Below, piece by piece: positions 57,471 to 64,000 of a DNA stretch of 64,000 nucleotides. Position numbers and translations under genes: made by a program. The first letter of the stretch is position 1; every line of letters starts with the position of its first letter. Where the stretch lies: the NCBI GenBank assembly GCA_049518955.1, contig JBEKRG010000003.1, positions 1,443-65,442 on the forward strand. The letters run 5' to 3'. The stretch comes from Terracidiphilus sp. (GTDB lineage Bacteria > Acidobacteriota > Terriglobia > Terriglobales > Acidobacteriaceae). Below the pieces are notes generated by a model. That model saw only the letters and a program-made list of their open reading frames with translations, did not search any database and was not told the origin of the DNA.

Positions 57471-60400
57471 ATGCGCAGAAGAACAAGCCGGTACGCTCTG
57501 GCCTTTTCACTCTTCTTAGCTTTGGTTAATTGCGGCGGGCTCGGCGCTCAAAGCGGGACGTCGAGCGCGATCTCGGGGACGGTGCGCGACATCTCGGGCG
57601 CTACAGTGGCCAACGCCGAGGTGAAGGCGACAGAAGTGGACACCAAGGCCACGCGCGCCGAACTGACCGACCCCGGCGGGCATTATCTTTTTTCCCAAGT
57701 CAATCCCGGCACCTACCAGGTAACGGTGCAAACGAACGGCTTTGCTGTTTCAACTTCTGCACCAACGCCTGTGGGCGTCGGCCGGACCGTCACGTTGAAC
57801 TTCTCGCTCCACGTCCAGACGGATAACCAGACAGTGGAGGTTACCGCGCAGCAGGGCTTGCTGACCCTCGATAATTCGAATACGACCACGACAATTGAAG
57901 CCCAGACCATCAAGAGTCTTCCCAATCCCGGTCAGGACCTGACTTATGTGGCGCAATTCGCGCAAGGCGCTCTGATGAATACGGCGGGATCCTCGAGCGA
58001 TGCGAAAGCCCCGGGCGGATACGGCAATGTCGAGTTTAACGGCCTGCCCGCGACTTCGAACGGCTACATTCTCGACGGCTACGATTCCAACGATCCCTGG
58101 CTCGGCCTGAATATTGGGCTCTCGACCAACCTCGTGATCGGGCTTGACGCCGTCGATCAGTCGACCGTGAACACCAATTCGTTCTCCGTCGATCAGGGCC
58201 GTTATGCCGTAGCCCAGGTCAACTACTTCACCAAATCGGGGACCAATGCGTTCCACGGCGACCTGTACGAGGTCTGGAACGGTTCGCTGTTCAACGCGGA
58301 GGATTATTTTCTCCACGCCAACGACTCGCCGGGGAACATCGCCAAAAAGCCGCGTTCTGTCGTCAATGAGTTCGGAGTGAGCGTGGGCGGGCCGATTCGC
58401 AAAGACAGGCTGTTCTTCTTCGGGCACTATGAGGGCATTCGGATCGCTTTGCCAATCGTGACGCCAACCACCCTGCCGACGCCCGCCTATCAGCAATATG
58501 TGCTCGGACAGCTTGCCACCGGCGGATATGATCCGGTCACAGGAAACAACCTTCAGGCGCAACCTGCGGAGATTCCATTCTATAAAAACATGTTCTCGCT
58601 CCTGCCGCCTCCCGGTGGGTCGCCGGTAGCGATCACAGCCTGCCCGCTGGACCCATCCGGGAACCTGTTGCCCGCTCCAACAAATGGCTCTCTGCTCGAC
58701 GGCAGCGGCTGCGCGTCCCAGCAGCAGCGGTCTCTGAACAACAGCGATAGCGAAAACCTGATCGTGGTGAAGATCGATCACACCATCAATGCCAAAGACA
58801 GCATCTGGTACCGTTTCCAGCAGGATACGGGTTTGCAGGCGGAGTTTACAGACCCCATCAACTCCATCTTTAATTCCTACTCGCCGCAACCGCAGCGCAC
58901 GCTGGTTGTCGGCTACACGCACATTTTCAGCCCAACCCTCGTGAATCAATTCAACCCAGGAGCGGACTGGTACTCGAGCATCTTCGAGCCGAACCACTAC
59001 GCACAGGTCGAGCAAAGGTTTCCCATCATGCTTACCTCGGGCAGCGACAGCGTGCCCTTCACGACCATCGGCGGTCTGAACGATACGTTTGCGCAGGGGC
59101 GCAAGGTGACGCAGTGGCAGATCAACGATAGCCTGACCTGGACGCGCGGTCTGCACACATTACATTTTGGCGTCAATACGCGCCGTGTCGATACCAGCGA
59201 CTACGACCTCGGAGAAGGCATCGTGCCGACCGTCGCTTACAACGACCTGGCGGAGTTCACGTATGGAGCCGCATATACCGCCCAGCAGAACTTCCCGGTC
59301 TCTTTGAAGGATCGGGTGGCCGTCGGCAATCTCGAATTCTATGGGATGGACACCTACAAGCCTTCAGCGAAGACGACCCTGACTTACGGCATGCGCGTCA
59401 CCTGGAACACCAACGTCACCAGCCCGCAGCGGCTCTTTGGCCGCATGGCCGGTTCCTTCCTTGACGCTTCGCATGAAACCAATCAGCCGCTGGATCAGGT
59501 CATCCTGGGCAACGTCCAAAACCTGTTCGCGGCAACGCCGCTGTTCATCTACCAGCCGCGCACGTCGATCGCTTATCAGCTTCTTCCGCATACCGTGGTT
59601 CATGCCGGTTTCGGCGTCTTTAACGACATCATCCCGCAGCAGATCGCCGACAACGGCCTGATCAACGCACCCAACGATCCCTCCTTCACGGGCGGTATCG
59701 GAGGACAGGTGGGCGGCCTGGGAATTGCCCCCGGAGTTGCCGGAAGCGCCGTGGACGCGGCAGCCAGGGCCAATGCGTTGTTCCAGACAACATTCAGCTC
59801 CGGCGGCACGCCCTGCGCGGGCATCCAGCCGGGCGCACCAACCTGTCCGCTGGCCGTCAGCCTGAACACTTTCCCGACCGGAACGCTCAAGACCCCGTAC
59901 TACTACCAATACAGTCTCGGAGTTGAGCAGCAGATCGGCTCGCGCGGCGACCTGCGCGCCGACTACGTAGGCACGCGTGGGCTGCACGAACCGTACCAGG
60001 TGCAGCTGAACGGCTACCAGAACGTTTGCGACGGGTGCTTTGCGCCGTTTCCTTATCGCCAGCCGCTCGATCAGAGGTTTGGGAACGTCACCGAATTCCA
60101 GACCGGCGCCAGCAGCGTCTACAACGGATTGCAGACCGTCTACACGCAGCAATGGGGCGGCTTGACGCTGCGCGCCAACTATTCTTTCAGCCACTGCCTG
60201 GACGAAGTATCGAATGGGGGCCTGCTGGCCTTCTCCACGCAAGGGCTGGAATCGCCGTTGCCCGGAGAATTAAGCCGGCAGTATGCCAGTTGCGACTACG
60301 ACGTGCGGAATAACCTCTCTGCATACGGGTTGTATCAGGTACCGTTTCGCTCCAGTCACTCATTCCTGCGCCAGGTGCTCGGGGGCTGGTCTTTTTCTGA

Positions 60401-61007
60401 GACAGGATTCCTTCACTCCGGCCTTCCCTTCAGCGTGTTGAGCCAGCCATATAGCGCCAATGGCAATGGCGTGCTGCAAGCGTACAACTCAGCGCAGACC
60501 ATCCAGTTCGCTGTGCCGAGTTATGCCAACCGGGTGCCCGGCGTGCCGATCTATCGCAAGACTCTCTATCCCGGCGTCACCATAGATGGAACGAAACAGT
60601 GGCTCAACCCCGACGCGTTCGTCTCGGTGGTCGATCCCACAACCGGCGCCTGTTATACCGGCGTACCGGGCGCGCAAAATGATAATCCAACCATCTGCCA
60701 GTTCGGCGACTCGGGCCGCAACTCGGTGCGCGGACCGCACTTCACCTATTCGGATATGTACATCACGAAGTCCTTTGCGATCCGGGAAGGAATCAGGCTG
60801 CGCATTGACGGACAATTGTTCAATGCATTCAACCACCCCAACTTCGCACTTCCCAGCACAGTGCAGGCCGGCGTACCCGGTTCGGTTCCGGCAAGATTCG
60901 GAACGCTGCAAAGTGTAGTGGCGCCGCCGACCGGGCTGCTCGGCGTGGGCTTGGGAGGGGACAGCTCGCCGCGAATGATCGCGTTTCAGGGACGGATCGA
61001 ATTCTGA
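57471..61007 (+). CDS. TonB-dependent receptor with N-terminal carboxypeptidase-regulatory-like domain (Oar-like, 1178 aa)
   Basis: GGAGGT SD, signal peptide, ISGTVRDISGATV...VNPGTYQVTV, TKSGTNAFHG, LFNAFNHPNF, terminal RIEF. Confidence 0.9.
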   Translation: MRRRTSRYALAFSLFLALVNCGGLGAQSGTSSAISGTVRDISGATVANAEVKATEVDTKATRAELTDPGGHYLFSQVNPGTYQVTVQTNGFAVSTSAPTPVGVGRTVTLNFSLHVQTDNQTVEVTAQQGLLTLDNSNTTTTIEAQTIKSLPNPGQDLTYVAQFAQGALMNTAGSSSDAKAPGGYGNVEFNGLPATSNGYILDGYDSNDPWLGLNIGLSTNLVIGLDAVDQSTVNTNSFSVDQGRYAVAQVNYFTKSGTNAFHGDLYEVWNGSLFNAEDYFLHANDSPGNIAKKPRSVVNEFGVSVGGPIRKDRLFFFGHYEGIRIALPIVTPTTLPTPAYQQYVLGQLATGGYDPVTGNNLQAQPAEIPFYKNMFSLLPPPGGSPVAITACPLDPSGNLLPAPTNGSLLDGSGCASQQQRSLNNSDSENLIVVKIDHTINAKDSIWYRFQQDTGLQAEFTDPINSIFNSYSPQPQRTLVVGYTHIFSPTLVNQFNPGADWYSSIFEPNHYAQVEQRFPIMLTSGSDSVPFTTIGGLNDTFAQGRKVTQWQINDSLTWTRGLHTLHFGVNTRRVDTSDYDLGEGIVPTVAYNDLAEFTYGAAYTAQQNFPVSLKDRVAVGNLEFYGMDTYKPSAKTTLTYGMRVTWNTNVTSPQRLFGRMAGSFLDASHETNQPLDQVILGNVQNLFAATPLFIYQPRTSIAYQLLPHTVVHAGFGVFNDIIPQQIADNGLINAPNDPSFTGGIGGQVGGLGIAPGVAGSAVDAAARANALFQTTFSSGGTPCAGIQPGAPTCPLAVSLNTFPTGTLKTPYYYQYSLGVEQQIGSRGDLRADYVGTRGLHEPYQVQLNGYQNVCDGCFAPFPYRQPLDQRFGNVTEFQTGASSVYNGLQTVYTQQWGGLTLRANYSFSHCLDEVSNGGLLAFSTQGLESPLPGELSRQYASCDYDVRNNLSAYGLYQVPFRSSHSFLRQVLGGWSFSETGFLHSGLPFSVLSQPYSANGNGVLQAYNSAQTIQFAVPSYANRVPGVPIYRKTLYPGVTIDGTKQWLNPDAFVSVVDPTTGACYTGVPGAQNDNPTICQFGDSGRNSVRGPHFTYSDMYITKSFAIREGIRLRIDGQLFNAFNHPNFALPSTVQAGVPGSVPARFGTLQSVVAPPTGLLGVGLGGDSSPRMIAFQGRIEF

Positions 61008-61201
61008 GGATGGCGGCCATGGGGCTTCCAAAAATGCGACTTGCCCCTCGGGAAAGAGTGCCGTTTCGGCGACTTATCCCGCGATGGGTTGCCTCGTGAG
61101 CCATCACACAGAGTAGTTATTGCGGGCCTTTTAGGGCCATGCTCCAATATCAGTACTTCTGTCGGCTCGGTCTCCCAAATCAAAGGACTGGGACCTGCTT
61201 G

Positions 61202-62284
61202 ATGAGCAACGCAATCCAAATCGAGGCTAGTGACACGGCCGTTTCATCCGGCTCACAAGGTCAGGCAGGTGTGGCCGATAGGGTCTATAAGGTTGTAGCT
61301 CCCGCTGGAGGTGCCAGCCATGAGGACCTGTACGGGTTCCGCACGGCCATGGCGCAGCCCGCGGCGGTTGAAGATCCTGAAGCTGCGGCAAATCAGGCCA
61401 AGTCCAAGCGGGCAGTCGCCATCCTTCCGATCCTGTTCATTCTCGTGCTTGGAGCGCTCGCCGCCCTCCTCATCCCCAAACTGACCAAGTCTAAGGCCCC
61501 GGCGCTTTACGTCGACCTTGGAACGCGCCGCTTCGATTCGGCGGGGCTGGGAGCCCGGCTTATAGCTCGCTGGGAAGGAACTACCGCCTACCAGCTTTAC
61601 ATCGATCCTCTTGATCCGCAGCAGACCGCCGGCTTTCAAGCCGTGACGGTGAATCCACCTCACCCGGTTTCAGTGGTCATTCGGCTCCTCGATTCCACAG
61701 GTGCCGTCGCCTGTCAGAAGGAAGTGGTGCTTCCGACTCCTGGCCCGACCGCAGGTTCTTCAGACTCATCCTCTTCGGACGCTCTGGCGCCAATGCAGAC
61801 CACCACCGGAGACACCGTACAGAATAATGCGGGTCCAGACGGACAAATAGCAGAGGTCACCATTACCGGCGGTCTCCCCTGTTCGCTAAAGCAGTATCAT
61901 AGCCTTGCAGCGTGGGAGTTCTTCACCAACTTTCCGTCGCTCGATGAGCAGGACGAGTGGCTGAAACATCACAAGCTCGGCGATGCCGCAAAGAACCGAA
62001 ACGGTCATGGCTCAGGCGGCGGTTTCGGATTCTCAGCCCGCGCCCTTCACTTGCCGGCCGCGATCGACGATGACGACGTGATTGTGGGCGACAACCCATC
62101 GCAGGGAACCATCGATACCCAGGGTGGGCGGGTTTTCTCGCTGGGACTTGCAGGAATGCGGAACCGCACGGCTGAATGGCAGGTGTTTCCCGCCGCCGTT
62201 CATTTTCACTGCGACAAGAACGGCGCCTGTGTCCTGACCCGGGTGAATTCGCGCACGACTCTCCAGGCGCGTTTGGTTAAGTAG
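61202..62284 (+). CDS. Single-pass membrane hypothetical protein
   Basis: TM ILPILFILVLGALAALLIP followed by a large Cys-containing extracytoplasmic region; no recognisable domain. Confidence 0.7.
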   Translation: MSNAIQIEASDTAVSSGSQGQAGVADRVYKVVAPAGGASHEDLYGFRTAMAQPAAVEDPEAAANQAKSKRAVAILPILFILVLGALAALLIPKLTKSKAPALYVDLGTRRFDSAGLGARLIARWEGTTAYQLYIDPLDPQQTAGFQAVTVNPPHPVSVVIRLLDSTGAVACQKEVVLPTPGPTAGSSDSSSSDALAPMQTTTGDTVQNNAGPDGQIAEVTITGGLPCSLKQYHSLAAWEFFTNFPSLDEQDEWLKHHKLGDAAKNRNGHGSGGGFGFSARALHLPAAIDDDDVIVGDNPSQGTIDTQGGRVFSLGLAGMRNRTAEWQVFPAAVHFHCDKNGACVLTRVNSRTTLQARLVK

Positions 62285-62345
62285 CTGGCCACACTTCAAC
62301 CTTGGCGGCCGTTTTCACTTAACTATTTCTAGTACGATGGTTGCG

Positions 62346-64000
62346 ATGCACGTCTTGTCCGCAGCCGAGATGCAGGCCTGCGATCGCGCCACTACGGAGC
62401 GGTTTGGGATTCCATCGATTCAATTAATGCGGGCGGCTTCTTCAGCCGTCGCGGCTTTCGTGCGTGAGCATTTCCCGATTGCACGACGAGTGACGGTCCT
62501 GTGCGGGCGCGGCAACAACGGCGGCGATGGCATGATGGCGGCTCGGCTCCTGGCCGACGCCGGACTCGCAGTGACGACGCTGTTGCTGGGAGCGCCCGAG
62601 CAACTGGCGGGCGACGCTGCCGTTGCGTGGACCGAACTGAACAGTCCGAAGCGCGGAAAAGTCCATATTGTTGCGAACGCCCAGGCCCTGGAACAGCACA
62701 TAAATGCGCTCGATGCGGATCTGATTGTGGACGCCGTACTCGGTACAGGATTCAAACCTCCGCTTAAAGGTTTGGCGCTCGCCGCTCGCGAATGGTTGCA
62801 GCGAAGTCACGCGCCAACTCTCGCTGTCGACTTGCCTTCCGGTTGGCCGGCCGATGAAACAAGCGCAACTGTGGCAGGGCCGGTTTTTCCCGCCGACGCC
62901 GTCATTACGTTCACCGCGCCCAAGTGCGCACATGTCTTTGGGCAATTGACGCGGCGCTGGGATCAACCGGTTGTCGTCGCTCCAATCGGCTCGCCGGATG
63001 AGGCCATCGTTTCAGCGCTCAGGCTGGATTGGGCCGGGTCGTCGCTGTCCTTGCCGCAGGCTCCGCGCCCTGCGGCGTCTAACAAGGGCAACTTCGGTCA
63101 CGTACTCGTAGTCGGCGGTACGTTCGGAACCGCCGGCGGCAAGGCTGGAGCCCCGGCAATGACATCTCTCGCAGCGCTGCGGGTGGGTGCTGGGCTAGTG
63201 ACGGCCGCGGTTCCCGCGCCGGCGCTGCAGGTTGTCTCATCGTTTGCGCCGGAACTTATGACTTGGCCGCTGGCGCCGACGCGAGCCGGCCAGATCTCAG
63301 CGAAGAATCTTGAGAAGAAGCAAATCGCATCATTGATCGCTGGAAAGACCGTACTGGCAATCGGGCCGGGCTTGGGTCAGGGCGCGGAAACGGCCAGATT
63401 CGTTACAGGACTCCTTGGCGCCACAACGATGCCGGCAGTCATCGATGCGGACGCGCTGAATATTCTTGCTGCGAAGCCGGCCCTGCTCAAGCGCCTGGCT
63501 AAAGGACGCTTTGTGGCGTTGACGCCTCATCCCGGCGAGATGGCTCGGCTGGCCGGAATCACCATTGCCGACGTTCGGGCTAACCGGCTCGAGACGGCGC
63601 GCGATTTTGCAAAGCGCATGGGTGTAACACTCGTCCTGAAGGGCGCACGGACACTCATTGCCCATCCCGATGGCCGCGTGGCGATCAACACTTCAGGGAA
63701 TCCGGGAATGGCCAAAGGCGGCAGCGGCGATCTGCTCACCGGGCTCATAGCGGGCCTGTTGGCGCAATATCCTCACAATCACGCGCAAGCCGTGGAGGCA
63801 GCGGTTTACTTGCATGGGCTTGCGGCGGATCTGGCCGTGCATCAAAGCGACGAACATACCTTGCTGGCCACCGATAGCCTGTCACAGCTGGCGCGAGCCT
63901 TTCAATCCCATGCGCACGATTTTGATGCGAATGGTAAAACCGGGTATGTTTGGTTGCAGGGGCATTGCGTCCAGTGGGATAATTGCGCCGCAACAGCCCT
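62346..64000 (+). CDS. nnr: Bifunctional NAD(P)H-hydrate epimerase/dehydratase (YjeF); no stop inside the window
   Basis: Manual translation: LCGRGNNGGDG, DAVLGTG, SNKGNFGHVLVVGG, IGPGLG, DADAL, TPHPGEM, GGSGDLLTG. Confidence 0.93.
   Translation, partial: MHVLSAAEMQACDRATTERFGIPSIQLMRAASSAVAAFVREHFPIARRVTVLCGRGNNGGDGMMAARLLADAGLAVTTLLLGAPEQLAGDAAVAWTELNSPKRGKVHIVANAQALEQHINALDADLIVDAVLGTGFKPPLKGLALAAREWLQRSHAPTLAVDLPSGWPADETSATVAGPVFPADAVITFTAPKCAHVFGQLTRRWDQPVVVAPIGSPDEAIVSALRLDWAGSSLSLPQAPRPAASNKGNFGHVLVVGGTFGTAGGKAGAPAMTSLAALRVGAGLVTAAVPAPALQVVSSFAPELMTWPLAPTRAGQISAKNLEKKQIASLIAGKTVLAIGPGLGQGAETARFVTGLLGATTMPAVIDADALNILAAKPALLKRLAKGRFVALTPHPGEMARLAGITIADVRANRLETARDFAKRMGVTLVLKGARTLIAHPDGRVAINTSGNPGMAKGGSGDLLTGLIAGLLAQYPHNHAQAVEAAVYLHGLAADLAVHQSDEHTLLATDSLSQLARAFQSHAHDFDANGKTGYVWLQGHCVQWDNCAATA

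Noticed and set aside
57750-60242. 468-aa and 292-aa minus-strand ORFs
   Set aside because: Shadows of the TonB-dependent receptor, with no motifs of their own.
63960-64000. Missing stop at the expected end of nnr (possible frameshift or extension)
   Set aside because: Cannot be judged because the window ends 40 nt later.
1-64000. CRISPR arrays, tRNA/rRNA genes, intact transposases or integrases
   Set aside because: None recognised on either strand by manual reading; a covariance-model scan (tRNAscan-SE, Infernal) would be needed to exclude small RNAs.

Overview
A roughly 60% GC (by eye), mostly core-chromosomal window. Gene content and protein style suggest Acidobacteriota (Acidobacteriaceae-like); this is an inference, not a database result. 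Housekeeping content: a MacB-type ABC permease (cut by the left edge), rsmA, tatD, yajQ, a long-chain polyprenyl synthase, rseP-dxr-cdsA-uppS, ffh, dnaK-dnaJ-hspR, an hpnI-like and an ArnT-like glycosyltransferase, a PAS-GGDEF-EAL protein, marC, ppx/sixA/ppk1, lepB, a GH3 glycosidase, efflux components and nnr (cut by the right edge). I found no rRNA, tRNA, CRISPR array or intact transposase/integrase. The most interesting part is a co-oriented block at 54.8-61.0 kb: a DtxR/MntR-family repressor, an NRAMP homologue carrying Mg-type (NRMT) binding-site substitutions, a 68-aa single-TM protein and a Cys-rich TonB-dependent receptor, with a SloR-like operator and a structured 5' leader. It is a candidate outer-plus-inner-membrane Mn/Mg uptake system. 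Other leads: an accessory islet at 51.3-54.5 kb (degenerate HTH, short repeats, a secreted caspase-like protease with NACR and a convergent secreted helical protein), a pseudokinase-TonB fusion, a UbiA-like/methyltransferase pair, an unlisted 48-aa highly charged ORF near ffh, a frameshifted Tat-type esterase and several candidate operators.
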